The translations under genes were made by a program, and so were the position numbers. Below are positions 1 through 9,964 of a DNA stretch of 64,000 nucleotides, in pieces. Each line of letters starts with the position of its first letter. Positions within the stretch are counted from its first letter, which is position 1. The stretch covers positions 32,001 through 96,000 of the forward strand of contig CAWHAA010000002.1 in NCBI GenBank assembly GCA_963827275.1, written 5' to 3'. The stretch comes from an uncultured Spirochaetota bacterium. Its GTDB lineage: Bacteria; Spirochaetota; UBA4802; UBA5550. A model generated the notes under the pieces. That model did no database searches. It had not been told where the DNA came from and saw only the letters and a program-made list of their open reading frames with translations.

Positions 1-502
1 AATCCGAATAGACCGAGGCGCCGGTGAGGCCCTCCTTCTTGACGCTGGGCTCCAGCTCGAGGACCCTCTCGCGGGAGAGGGTTTTATGCAGCGGGATCCG
101 CTTGCTCCTGTCCCAGGTCAATCCCTTGTCATACGACAGAATGTCATAGATGATCATCCCCGCCTTGATGACCCATTTCCTGTTCGTAAGCTTCATCCTG
201 TTGGTTGTGACCATGTTGGGGATCGGATAGACAAAATTGGGCGCGATATTTTCCATCGTCTTTCGTTCCCGCAGCGATTCCCGGACAAGCCGGAGCTCCA
301 TGGTGGCTAGGTACCGCAAACCTCCGTGTATGAGCTTCGACGTTGCCGCCGAAGTGGCCCAGCCAAAATCGCCCTTTTCCACCAGGGCGACAGAAAGCCC
401 CCGTGCCGCGGCATCATAGGCAACCGCCGCTCCTGTAATCCCGCCGCCGATCACGATGAGATCGAACTGCTGATCCCCGTATTCTTCGGTAAAACGTTTC
501 AA
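1..502 (-). CDS. glpD: FAD-dependent glycerol-3-phosphate dehydrogenase/oxidase, 5' part (runs off the window edge)
   Basis: Not in the ORF track. Manual translation from TTG at 502 (GGGAGG RBS upstream) gives MKRFTEEYGDQQFDLIVIGGGITGAAVAYDAAARGLSVALVEKGDFGWATSAATSKLIHGGLRYL, containing the FAD-binding GxGxxG and the GlpD SKLIHGGLRYL motif. Confidence 0.9.
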   Translation of the reverse strand, partial: MKRFTEEYGDQQFDLIVIGGGITGAAVAYDAAARGLSVALVEKGDFGWATSAATSKLIHGGLRYLATMELRLVRESLRERKTMENIAPNFVYPIPNMVTTNRMKLTNRKWVIKAGMIIYDILSYDKGLTWDRSKRIPLHKTLSRERVLELEPSVKKEGLTGASVYSD

Positions 503-930
503 CGCGTACCTCCCAACAATTATGTGGAGAATAACTATTCCAGGTGAAAAAAGCAACACAACAAAATGGAAAAGAATTTAAATGGAAAATATGTTATGAT
601 ATAAAATGATAGCCTCTATTGAAAAATCTGTTTTTTAATTTTCTATAAGATGAAAAAATGAAGAAAAATTCTTGTTTTTTTTTGCTTTAGTAATCTCTTT
701 AGTTTAAATTGTTATCACATTCATTCACTGTTTTATAAAAAAAATAAGCACTACCATGAATAAGGCTTGGTCATTTTCAGGTAGTAAAATGTTAAGTTCT
801 GATGAATCAGGAATTAACGAGACTTAAATTTAAGAATTCATTATATTTTAACCAATATATAGCCCATACGGGCGGATTTTTTAGGATTCATATCCCTATA
901 CAATTATACAAATATTAAGGAGGAGGTAGA

Positions 931-1002
931 ATGAAACAGACAATAGTGGTGTTAGGTATGGTCATCACTGCAATCGCATTAATTACCTTACTTCCGTTTT
1001 AA
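931..1002 (+). CDS. Putative small hydrophobic peptide, 23 aa (MKQTIVVLGMVITAIALITLLPF)
   Basis: Strong RBS AAGGAGGAGGT directly before ATG at 931; TAA at 1000-1002; below the ORF-track size cutoff. Confidence 0.55.
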   Translation: MKQTIVVLGMVITAIALITLLPF

Positions 1003-1141
1003 AGTATCAAAATGAAATATTGTTCATTATGCAATTGCACAAAAAAAAGAGTGATTGAACAGCGATTCTTTTTCCTTAATATGGAAAACCCAGTGTGAGG
1101 GATTCTATCATATCCCGGAAGTAGCGCACGCGGGGCTGGTA

Positions 1142-1528
1142 TTATTTCTCATACTGGATTACCTTGCCTTTCACGTGGAGAATCTCCACCATGCCCACTA
1201 TCCATATCTGGCGTTCAATCCATGTCCTGATGTCTATAAGTGAATCCCCTCTCATGCCGCTTATTGCCTCGGTCACCGCGCGATCATAGGCCGCCCGCGG
1301 GGTAACCGGGATGACCCAGAAGAGATTAAAACTGCTACTCGTGCCTTCTGATTCACCCAGGACCCTGTACCGTGAGGATTCCAGCTGCACGGCCTTCTGT
1401 TCGAGCCCGACCACCCTGATTCCCCTGTACAGGCAGCCGGTCAGGAAAATGCCCGCGATCAGCATACTCACCACGCATACCCGGCATCGCCCGGCGCGCC
1501 GTACCGCTATTTCATTCCCTGTATTCAT
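1142..1528 (-). CDS. Lipoprotein associated with the TonB-dependent receptor operon
   Basis: Lipobox LTGC after a hydrophobic stretch; visibly similar to 1553..1951 (YDRAVTEAI..GDSLIDI vs IDRAIQDAL..GDALINV). Confidence 0.7.
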   Translation of the reverse strand: MNTGNEIAVRRAGRCRVCVVSMLIAGIFLTGCLYRGIRVVGLEQKAVQLESSRYRVLGESEGTSSSFNLFWVIPVTPRAAYDRAVTEAISGMRGDSLIDIRTWIERQIWIVGMVEILHVKGKVIQYEK

Positions 1529-1552
1529 ATCCTCTACGTCAACTTCACCCTA

Positions 1553-1951
1553 CTATTTCTTCTGTCCCCTGGCCGGCTTGCCCTCCCTGCCGCCGTCACC
1601 GGTCTCCTTTTCAAAGCTGACCGCCTCTCCTTCCACTATAACCGTATGCGATGCGACAAAAAAGAACCATGATGTCTTTTCATAACAGGTGACGTTTATC
1701 AGGGCGTCTCCCCCTTTTTGTTTGAGCGCATCCTGTATCGCCCGGTCGATGTCCGGCCTGCCGATCATCCAGAGCCCGAACACCGACCAGACCCGGTCGG
1801 ACCCGCTGACCGGCCCGTAATTCGCAGCTGTTTTCTTGTCATGCACGGGGGTTGATGACGAGGTAATGCCGACAGGCGTGGTAATACACGCGGTGAGCAG
1901 CAGGACCGCCGTCATGATACCAGGGAGGATTCGCATGGCTTTCATCATCAT
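1553..1951 (-). CDS. Lipoprotein associated with the TonB-dependent receptor operon
   Basis: Lipobox LTAC; 10 bp downstream of the receptor stop; paralog of 1142..1528. Confidence 0.75.
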   Translation of the reverse strand: MMMKAMRILPGIMTAVLLLTACITTPVGITSSSTPVHDKKTAANYGPVSGSDRVWSVFGLWMIGRPDIDRAIQDALKQKGGDALINVTCYEKTSWFFFVASHTVIVEGEAVSFEKETGDGGREGKPARGQKK

Positions 1952-1961
1952 ATCTCCTTTC

Positions 1962-4529
1962 TCAGAATTTCACTTCCACACCGAAATTAGGTATAAACGC
2001 GATCGTATCGCTGAAGGAGCTCCGCGTCGGGTTTTGTTTCATGAAGCCGGGAAGGTTTTTTGATGTGTAGTAGGGCAAACGGTAATCCCACCTTTCCATT
2101 ACAATCGGCCGATTGTTATAAACATTGATTATTTCGATATACCAGCTCACGCTTCCCCAGGAATATGAGGTGGTATTGCTGTACCGCACATCAAGACGGT
2201 GGTACAGGGGGAAATGACGCGAATTGGTGCGCCCGTATACCGGGATGTACCGCGGCATGCCGTATGTTGCGGTGTATTCGGTATCCAGCTGCGAAAACAC
2301 TATCGGCGTGTACGGGGTCGAGGTGTACAGCATGAACTTCCCGGTAATGACGTGTTTCTTCAATGCGTAGCCGAGTATCAGCTTGAAGCTGTGGTTCTGC
2401 TCGAAGCCGTAATTGCGCCACTGGTTTCCCCAGAGATCGCCGATATTATTCAGAAACACATCATCGATGGTGGCCGGAGAGTTCCCGGAGCCGTCGAACA
2501 GGACCCCGTATTTCCCGGGATAATTCGGCAGGCCCGACCTGAACCGAGACCGCGTATAGGTATAACTGACCCAGCCGAATATGCCGTCCTCGTCCTCCTT
2601 CCGGTCCTTTTCGAGCATGATCTCCCCGCCGTATGCCCGTATTCTTCCGGTGCTCATCGTATGCCGGAGAGACCCGTCAGGGCCGATATGCACATACTGC
2701 TGTGCGAGATCATAAAAATCATTCCAGTAGCCTTCTACTTTTATTTTGAAAAGCCCTATCCGCTGTTCAAGCCCTATGACGCGGTGAACGGCCCATTCCG
2801 GCTCAGCGTCTTTCCCTATCTTCGCATATTCGGGAGAGCCGTCAAAGTTATTCGGGTTGATCTGGAAGAAATAGCTGTACTTGCCTCCCGCGACCGAGAT
2901 GATCGTCTGCGTGGGGAATTCATAGCTCATGAGGCACCGGGGGTCCCATGTCGCCCGGTTGGTCCTCCTGAAGTAGTCGCTCCTGAACCCCGGCACCATG
3001 GTAAAGCCGCCATAGGTGAATTTTGATTCTATATATCCGCCAACCGTATGGTTGAGAATTTTTTGATTGAAGAACATCGTGGTGAAGGTGTCATTGGTGA
3101 CATCCATGGTCAGGCCGCGCCCCGAGGTCTGCGGGCGCTGCCCGCTGGCGGCGAACTGATAGATATTGTATTCAATCCCGCCGCGCAGCTCGAGGTGTTT
3201 CTTGACCGGCACTGCCTTGAACTTGTCCAGGAACCCGAACACGTAAGGTCGCGAAGACAGGCGGATATCGCGCAGCGCAAGCGTGACGCCGGGCGCGGGG
3301 AAATTGACCTTCACCGTACTTTCACGGAGCGAAGAATAGAATGTAAATCGGTTTCTGAACCTTTCAGAGGGCTGGTACGTATAATAGAGGCCCTGGCCGT
3401 GCGACATCTGGTCGGTATTCACCTTGAGCCCGGTCAGGAGGGGGTCCGACCCGTCGTTGGCCCACTTGTAATTCGACAGCCGGAAGTAATCCTTGCTCCC
3501 CATGCAGAACAGGGTGAGCGAGTGGGCGCTGTTGAATGAATACTTCGCTTTTACCTGGTAATCCCAGTAGTTGGGCACCACGTTGACACGCTCCCCGGTG
3601 ATAAGGCCCACCAGCGGGAGAATGATAAGATCGATGTAGCTGATCCTGCCGGAGGCGATGATATAGCCGGTAGTTTTCTGGTTCTTTTTCTGATACTCAA
3701 GCGGCGATCCCATTCCCGCGCCGCCGCCGTCATTCTTAACGATGCAGGTCTGGACCAGCGCCGAGGCGGAAAGCAGGGAAAGATCCGTATATCCCCCGAA
3801 TTCCTTTACGTCATCGATGGTATTGATGCTTATGACTGCGGAGGTGGCCGATCCGAATTCAGTGGGAAATGCGGAGGAATACAGGTCGATTTCATCCATC
3901 ATGTTGCTGTTGATCACAGAATGGAGTCCGCCGTAATGGAGAGGACTGTATATCGGGATATCGTCAATGAGATACCTGATGCCGCGGTGATCACCGCCCC
4001 GGATGACAATCGGGCCGAACAGGTCACCGCCGGTCCTGATGACCCCCGGCAGCGCGGCGAGGGCATTCATTGAATCACCGAAGGTGGCGGGGACATCCTT
4101 GATCTTCTTCAGGGACATGGTATGGCGCGAGACCGTTTGCAGATCGCGCTTCCCCATGATGGTGATCCCCGAGGCCTTTGTACTGACCGGCTCAAGCGGG
4201 ATATTCTTGATGGTATCCCCGCTGACCGAGACGGTTGCTTTGTAGATCTTGAGCCCCTCCGATTTCACCGCCAGCGTGTACACGCCCGGCCCGGGGACCA
4301 TGATGCGGTACGATCCGGTCCCGTCGATCAGCGCTTTTTTCTTCAATTCGAGTATCAGCACCATGCCGGAGTCTATTGGTTTCCTGGTCATCGCGTCATA
4401 TACGACACCCCTGATCGCAATCGCGGCGTCTTTTTTCGCATGGAGAGCCCCTGATGAAACGATGATGCAACAGATGAAGATCGCGGCGCTCAGTAACAGG
4501 GTATATGGCGGTTTATTCTTATAGATCAT
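1962..4529 (-). CDS. TonB-dependent outer-membrane receptor with N-terminal carboxypeptidase-regulatory-like domain
   Basis: Signal peptide after M at 4529 (ORF-track start 4673 is probably too long); IRGVVYDA..PI N-domain; plug motif LAALPGV..IRGG..YLIDDIPI; C-terminal F (GVEVKF). Confidence 0.88.
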   Translation of the reverse strand: MIYKNKPPYTLLLSAAIFICCIIVSSGALHAKKDAAIAIRGVVYDAMTRKPIDSGMVLILELKKKALIDGTGSYRIMVPGPGVYTLAVKSEGLKIYKATVSVSGDTIKNIPLEPVSTKASGITIMGKRDLQTVSRHTMSLKKIKDVPATFGDSMNALAALPGVIRTGGDLFGPIVIRGGDHRGIRYLIDDIPIYSPLHYGGLHSVINSNMMDEIDLYSSAFPTEFGSATSAVISINTIDDVKEFGGYTDLSLLSASALVQTCIVKNDGGGAGMGSPLEYQKKNQKTTGYIIASGRISYIDLIILPLVGLITGERVNVVPNYWDYQVKAKYSFNSAHSLTLFCMGSKDYFRLSNYKWANDGSDPLLTGLKVNTDQMSHGQGLYYTYQPSERFRNRFTFYSSLRESTVKVNFPAPGVTLALRDIRLSSRPYVFGFLDKFKAVPVKKHLELRGGIEYNIYQFAASGQRPQTSGRGLTMDVTNDTFTTMFFNQKILNHTVGGYIESKFTYGGFTMVPGFRSDYFRRTNRATWDPRCLMSYEFPTQTIISVAGGKYSYFFQINPNNFDGSPEYAKIGKDAEPEWAVHRVIGLEQRIGLFKIKVEGYWNDFYDLAQQYVHIGPDGSLRHTMSTGRIRAYGGEIMLEKDRKEDEDGIFGWVSYTYTRSRFRSGLPNYPGKYGVLFDGSGNSPATIDDVFLNNIGDLWGNQWRNYGFEQNHSFKLILGYALKKHVITGKFMLYTSTPYTPIVFSQLDTEYTATYGMPRYIPVYGRTNSRHFPLYHRLDVRYSNTTSYSWGSVSWYIEIINVYNNRPIVMERWDYRLPYYTSKNLPGFMKQNPTRSSFSDTIAFIPNFGVEVKF

Positions 4530-4718
4530 ATCAGTAATACACGGGAATATCGTTTGATACACCGGGCAGATGTTCCTAACCATTGTATCTATCCGGCGCC
4601 GAGTCAACATAAAAATATTATGCCATTGCGGTATTCCATAAAATAAATTATTATTCGTTGACAGCCATTTCATCGCCCTTACATAAGATTCTATCAGCGT
4701 TATCAGCCGGGAGGAACT

Positions 4719-5963
4719 ATGAGATATTTAATCATCGGGTCAGGCGGGAGGGAGCATGCCATCGCATGGCGTCTCATGCAGGACGACAGCGCTGATACGG
4801 TGTTCGTCGCCCCCGGCAACGGCGGCACGGAGGCGCGCTTCCGCGTTAACTGCGCGGTGAATGACTTCGCGGCCATAGAGCGATTCTGCATCGCCAATGC
4901 CATTGACATGGTCATCGTCGGCCCTGAAGCTCCGCTCGTGGCCGGTATCGTCGACTATTTACAGGAGAAAAAGATCCCCGCGTTCGGCCCGACAAAGAAG
5001 GCCGCGATGCTCGAGGGCAGCAAGCTTTTCGCCAAACAGATCATGGAAAAATATGGCGTTCCCACCGCGGGCCACATGGTCTTCGAAGGGAAACAGCCCC
5101 TCCTTGACTATATCAACCGGAATGATACCTATCCTGTCGTCATCAAGCTGGACGGGCTTGCGGCCGGCAAGGGTGTCGGCATTCCGGAAAGCAGGGAGGA
5201 AGCGCTGGCATTCATCCACGCCAGCGTGGCCGACAATTCCCGCGTTTTTGTAGAAGACTTCATCGACGGGGAGGAAGCATCGGTATTATGCGTCTCCGAC
5301 GGCACCCGCATCATACCCTTCGTCGCCGCGCAGGACCACAAGCGCATTCATGACGGCGACCGGGGGCCCAACACGGGCGGCATGGGCGCCTATGCGCCCG
5401 CGCCGGTAATGACAGAGCCTCGTCTCAGGTTCGTCCATGAGAAGATATTGCAGAGGACCGTCGACGGCATGATGCGGGAAGGCATCCCCTTCAAGGGCAT
5501 TCTCTACGCCGGGGTCATCGTAACGGGCGACGATATAAAGGTGCTCGAGTTCAATGTCCGGTTCGGCGACCCGGAGTCCCAGGTCATCATCCCGCTCCTC
5601 AACGGGAAGCTCGGCGACCTGTTCCAGGCCTCGGTCAGCGGCACGCTTGACAGGGTCTCGGTATCATTCAAGGACCTCCATGCCATAACCGTGGTCATGG
5701 CATCCGGCGGATATCCCGGCGCGTATGACAAAGGAAAAGAGATATCCGGGCTTGACCGTGTGAGCAGGGACATCACCGTGTTCCACGCCGGCACGACGGA
5801 AACCGGAGGTAAATACTTTACCAGCGGCGGCAGGGTGCTCAATATCACCGCGCTGGGGACGACCCTCAGAGAAGCCAACCGGACCGTATACCGGGCGATA
5901 AAGACAATCACGTTCGACGGTGCGCAGTATCGCACAGATATCGGCCACCGGGCGCTTGGATAG
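4719..5963 (+). CDS. purD: Phosphoribosylamine-glycine ligase
   Basis: GSGGREHA, APGNGG, GLAAGKGV, QDHKR..GPNTGGMGAY, EFNVRFGDPE motifs. Confidence 0.97.
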   Translation: MRYLIIGSGGREHAIAWRLMQDDSADTVFVAPGNGGTEARFRVNCAVNDFAAIERFCIANAIDMVIVGPEAPLVAGIVDYLQEKKIPAFGPTKKAAMLEGSKLFAKQIMEKYGVPTAGHMVFEGKQPLLDYINRNDTYPVVIKLDGLAAGKGVGIPESREEALAFIHASVADNSRVFVEDFIDGEEASVLCVSDGTRIIPFVAAQDHKRIHDGDRGPNTGGMGAYAPAPVMTEPRLRFVHEKILQRTVDGMMREGIPFKGILYAGVIVTGDDIKVLEFNVRFGDPESQVIIPLLNGKLGDLFQASVSGTLDRVSVSFKDLHAITVVMASGGYPGAYDKGKEISGLDRVSRDITVFHAGTTETGGKYFTSGGRVLNITALGTTLREANRTVYRAIKTITFDGAQYRTDIGHRALG

Positions 5964-6014
5964 CCTGCGGCGCAGGCTCCGGCGCATACCAGCTTACAGG
6001 GGAAAGGACCGCAT

Positions 6015-6512
6015 ATGAGAACACTGCTACTGGTCATTGCAATCATGTCGCTGGCAGCGGTGCAATGCCGCGCGGACGGCCAACTGCGTGACGCTGCGGG
6101 CATTGTTATGGATCAGCTCGAAGGCATAACGCATTACGGCATGCCAATTGAAGAGATACGGAAGAAGTACCATAAAGACGATGCGGCGCTTGAGATCGTG
6201 TATTCGAAAACGCTTTCCGACGACAACATGGACGACTACGTGCAGCGTTTTTACGACGAGCTTTTACAGGAGATCCAGAACTGGCTCTACACAAACAGGC
6301 TCCCGGCCCGTGACGTCAGGATCGTCATATCCAACTGCAAATTTTGCAAGGTCGGGTATTGTAAAAGCAAGGGGACCAGGGAAGTGACCCTGACGTCCTA
6401 TATGAATAGCAAGAAGAAAAAGCAGGTCTCTTTCAGCCACGACAAACTCATAGAAAAAAAACCGCATGAGGCCCTGGCGCGAAGCGCCGTGCAGGTCCTC
6501 CTCGAAAAATGA
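6015..6512 (+). CDS. Hypothetical exported protein with CxxC-x4-C motif
   Basis: AAGGA RBS; signal-peptide-like N-terminus; CKFCKVGYC. Confidence 0.65.
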   Translation: MRTLLLVIAIMSLAAVQCRADGQLRDAAGIVMDQLEGITHYGMPIEEIRKKYHKDDAALEIVYSKTLSDDNMDDYVQRFYDELLQEIQNWLYTNRLPARDVRIVISNCKFCKVGYCKSKGTREVTLTSYMNSKKKKQVSFSHDKLIEKKPHEALARSAVQVLLEK

Positions 6513-6524
6513 ATTCCCCGGTCA

Positions 6525-8423
6525 TCACCGTGTTTGAATATCAAATTGATAGTTTACGCCGCCGCTCTCCCCGCTCGTTTCGCGCGCCATATCAAACGCT
6601 TTCATCACGTCCTGTTTCGAATAGATGTCCCTCAGTATAAGCGGCGCGTTGAACAACTTGCCCGGCGGGATGACGGCCAGCAGCGGTATCGACTTGCTCT
6701 GGAAGAGCGCCATAAGCCTCTCAGCAGCGGGATTTTTCACTGTAATATCCGCCACCATGAAATCAACATCGCGCCGTGAAAGCTCCGCGGCAACCGGTCC
6801 CGACTGAAGCGTGACTTTTTCCACAAGCCTGCAGTTTGGACACCAGTCGGCGGTAAACTCGATGACGGATATTTTTCCCGCGTCCCTGTTGGCGATCAGC
6901 CGCTGTATGCTGAACACTCCGGCGGCGCTCCGCCCGGCCGGCGTTTCTTCAGTGTAGAGGTAGTGAAATGACAGGGCATAGCCGCCTATGATAAGCAGGA
7001 GCAGCACGATTGCTGAAGCGGCCCTCTTCGCCGCAGGCTGAAAAATCGCGCCATACCTGCCGTACTGCCACAAGCCGACCGAAATAAAGCCGAGAAATGC
7101 CACCATCGGCAGCACCGCCGCGCTGTCGAGGACCCCGAGCAGGTAGATGACCGTGAAGACGAGGAAAAAACCCATTACCCGTTCGAAGGTGACCAGCCAT
7201 TCGCCCGGTTTCGGCACATATTTCAACAGGCCGGGGCGGGCCGTCAGGAGCAGGTAGGGCAGCGCCATGCCGAGGCCAATGCTGATGAATACCGTCACAA
7301 TCACCGGCGCCGGCTGCGCCAGGGTCCATGCAAGGGTCGCCCCGAGGAACGGGCCGCTGCAAGGGGTCGCCAGCAGGGTGGCAAGCAGGCCCTTGACATA
7401 CGCATCGGCATAGCGGTTCCCTTTCTCCAGCGAGGCCCTTCCGGCAAAGGCGGGGGCGCTGATTGTAAATACGCCGAACATTGACAGCGCCAGGGCAAAC
7501 ACGATCCCGGTCATGACAACAAGGAACAGGCGGTGCTGGAACAGCCCGCCCCAGTTGTATCCGAAAAAAGCGGCCAGGGCGGCCAGGGCGGCAAAGCTGG
7601 TGATGATGCCGAGAGAAAAGAGGAGCCCGAGCAGGAAGAGTTCTTTCCTGCTTTTATCCGCGTGCTGCACGAAACTCAGCACCTTGAGACTCACCACCGG
7701 GAGGACGCAGGGCATGAAGTTCAACAAGAAGCCGGCGATGAGCCCGAACAGAATCGCCTGGATGATGCCCGAAACCCCGCGTTCGATGAAGCGCGGTGAA
7801 AATTCGAGGCCCTCGGGAACGGCCCCGCCGCCCGCCGCAGAAGAGGCTGACGTTTCGCCCGCACCCTGTTTCATGCCCGGGGCCGCTGACCGCGTGTACT
7901 CAGAGCTGATGTCCTTGTCATGTTCCGTTGCCGTGTGGCCGGCGTCGAGGACCCGCACCGGGTATTTGAATCGGAACACCCTCGGGGCGCAGTACGAGGA
8001 CCCGGCGCTGTCGCTGCACAGCAGGGAATCAAACGTTATATCGGCATGATACAGGCCGGGCCGCACGCGCTCGCTTACTTTGAAAGGAAGAAATATCTTT
8101 GTCTCACCCTCATATCCCCAGGTATATTCCTTCTCGCCGGAGAAAAAAAATTTTTTCGGCGGCAAGAAACGCTGTTCTTCGAAGACGATGCCGTCAATTT
8201 TTTTTACACTGACCTCGGTCGGCTTCCCTGTCCCGGGGCCCTTCGGGTTCCCGTAGATATGGGTGCGGGGCGGCAGCTCCACCTTGAGGACGATAACCTG
8301 CTCCCCGCCGCGAGCAACCGCGATCTCGCCCGGTACGGGATAGACGCTCATCTCGCGGTAGTCATTGCGCGTGCAGGATGACACGGCGGCAACCAGCAGC
8401 AGCAGTGTAATCATTTTTTTCAT
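6525..8423 (-). CDS. dsbD: Protein-disulfide reductase, DsbD/ScsB-like (N-domain, transmembrane domain, thioredoxin domain)
   Basis: LNFMPCVLPV and ATPCSGPFLG transmembrane cysteine motifs; FTADWCPNC thioredoxin motif; possible lipobox VSSC. Confidence 0.88.
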   Translation of the reverse strand: MKKMITLLLLVAAVSSCTRNDYREMSVYPVPGEIAVARGGEQVIVLKVELPPRTHIYGNPKGPGTGKPTEVSVKKIDGIVFEEQRFLPPKKFFFSGEKEYTWGYEGETKIFLPFKVSERVRPGLYHADITFDSLLCSDSAGSSYCAPRVFRFKYPVRVLDAGHTATEHDKDISSEYTRSAAPGMKQGAGETSASSAAGGGAVPEGLEFSPRFIERGVSGIIQAILFGLIAGFLLNFMPCVLPVVSLKVLSFVQHADKSRKELFLLGLLFSLGIITSFAALAALAAFFGYNWGGLFQHRLFLVVMTGIVFALALSMFGVFTISAPAFAGRASLEKGNRYADAYVKGLLATLLATPCSGPFLGATLAWTLAQPAPVIVTVFISIGLGMALPYLLLTARPGLLKYVPKPGEWLVTFERVMGFFLVFTVIYLLGVLDSAAVLPMVAFLGFISVGLWQYGRYGAIFQPAAKRAASAIVLLLLIIGGYALSFHYLYTEETPAGRSAAGVFSIQRLIANRDAGKISVIEFTADWCPNCRLVEKVTLQSGPVAAELSRRDVDFMVADITVKNPAAERLMALFQSKSIPLLAVIPPGKLFNAPLILRDIYSKQDVMKAFDMARETSGESGGVNYQFDIQTR

Positions 8424-8507
8424 GTCAGGACCCCTCCCGTAAAGCTGTACGCGTCCGGCCGCAGACGGCAGCCGGCCCGCGCGTTACACCGCGCCTCATG
8501 AGCCGAC

Positions 8508-9947
8508 TTAATCAGGCGCGCCCTTCACTGATTTCATTTTTCGATAGTAATATATCATCCCGGAAGACATCAGCGCCAGTCCCAGCATCGACGGTAAAAA
8601 TGCAGTTATCAATGTAACCACAAGATATGCGGCGAGCAGGACCAGCACGATCACTATGCTGTACGGATAGAGCCAGGCCCTGTAGGGACGGCGGACGTCC
8701 GGATAGCGCTTCCTGAACAGGAAGATCGAATATATGGTCATAATGTTGAAGATGGTCCCCGTGGCGGAAAAAAAGGCGATGATCGTTTCGTATGACGTCC
8801 CCGACGGTATGTCGAACAGGCAGTAAACACAGAGCATCCCGAGCAGTATCACCGACGCCCAGGCGGCCTGGGCGATGAGGGCGTTGTTCGGTGTCCTGTA
8901 CTTTCCGTGGAGACGGCCGAGCCGGTCGAAGAAGAGCCCGTCCCGCGCCATTGCCTGCCAGGAGCGGGCCTTGACCAGTACCTGGGAACTGACGTTGCCG
9001 AAGGCCGAGATCATGACAGCGGCGGAAATCAGGATACCGCCCGCCCCGCCGATCGCGGCAGTCATGGCGTCCGCGGCAACACCTCGCGATTCAGCGATGG
9101 CGCGGACAGGCAGTTGGTAGAGATACGCGGCGTTGGTCCCGATATACAGGACCATCACGCCCGCTATCCCGAAGAAAAGGGAGAGGGGCAGGTTCCTCCG
9201 AGGATTTTTCACCTCCTCGGCGACATAGGTGGCCCCCTCCCACCCGCTGAAGGCGAAAAACGAGAGCCTGAGCGCCGCCCCCACCGCCAGCACGGTTGCC
9301 CATGAAAACTGCGTCGGCAGGAAAGGGTCGGTAAAATGGCCGAAGCTCCCTCCGGCGGTGAAGGATATTCCGATGATGATGCCGATCGCGGCGACCTTCG
9401 CGATGCTGAAGGCATTCTGGAACACGCCGCTCAGGAAGACGCCGAAAAGGTTTATGGCGGTGAGGACCCAGATGATCGAGACGGCTATCAGGATCTCGGA
9501 CACGTGGCTGAACGGAGTGCCGTAAAAGATCTTCCAGATTTCATTGCCGTATTCCGCGAACACGAGCGCCACTGCCGCTATCGCGCCAGTCTCGGACACG
9601 AAGAACATGGCCCACCCGCGCAGGAACGCCACCACCGGGCCATAGGCCGTTTTCAGGTATACGTACGGTCCGCCGGAGCGCGGCATCATCGCCACCAGCT
9701 CCGCGTAACACACCGCGTGAAATATTGTCACGATGCCGCCGATTATCCACACGAGCCCGAACAGCGAGGTGCATGACACCAGCGCCATGATGGGGCCGGG
9801 CGTTCTGAAAATTCCCGATCCGATGATCCGTCCGACGACGATCGACACCGACTCGAACAGGCCGAGGTCGCGCCGGTAGTCGGTGCGCTCTTCGAAAATC
9901 GATATGTCAGAAGCGGCCTTGTGCTCCATCAGTCCGGGTTCCACCAT
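8508..9947 (-). CDS. APC-family amino acid permease (LAT-like)
   Basis: IIGSGIF, CYAELVAMMPRSGGPYVYL, FAFSGWE..AEEVKNPRRNLP motifs. Confidence 0.92.
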   Translation of the reverse strand: MVEPGLMEHKAASDISIFEERTDYRRDLGLFESVSIVVGRIIGSGIFRTPGPIMALVSCTSLFGLVWIIGGIVTIFHAVCYAELVAMMPRSGGPYVYLKTAYGPVVAFLRGWAMFFVSETGAIAAVALVFAEYGNEIWKIFYGTPFSHVSEILIAVSIIWVLTAINLFGVFLSGVFQNAFSIAKVAAIGIIIGISFTAGGSFGHFTDPFLPTQFSWATVLAVGAALRLSFFAFSGWEGATYVAEEVKNPRRNLPLSLFFGIAGVMVLYIGTNAAYLYQLPVRAIAESRGVAADAMTAAIGGAGGILISAAVMISAFGNVSSQVLVKARSWQAMARDGLFFDRLGRLHGKYRTPNNALIAQAAWASVILLGMLCVYCLFDIPSGTSYETIIAFFSATGTIFNIMTIYSIFLFRKRYPDVRRPYRAWLYPYSIVIVLVLLAAYLVVTLITAFLPSMLGLALMSSGMIYYYRKMKSVKGAPD

Positions 9948-9964
9948 GGGGGATATGAGGCGCG

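Noticed and set aside
1166..1181. parS-like CCTTTCACGTGGAGAA
   Set aside because: Only the CACGTG core matches; the arms have several mismatches and are not palindromic.
2199..4524. Long plus-strand ORFs opposite the TonB receptor, and similar antisense ORFs opposite uvrB, rnj, gyrA/B, mnmG and the KS gene
   Set aside because: Shadow frames of GC-rich coding sequence with no recognisable motifs.
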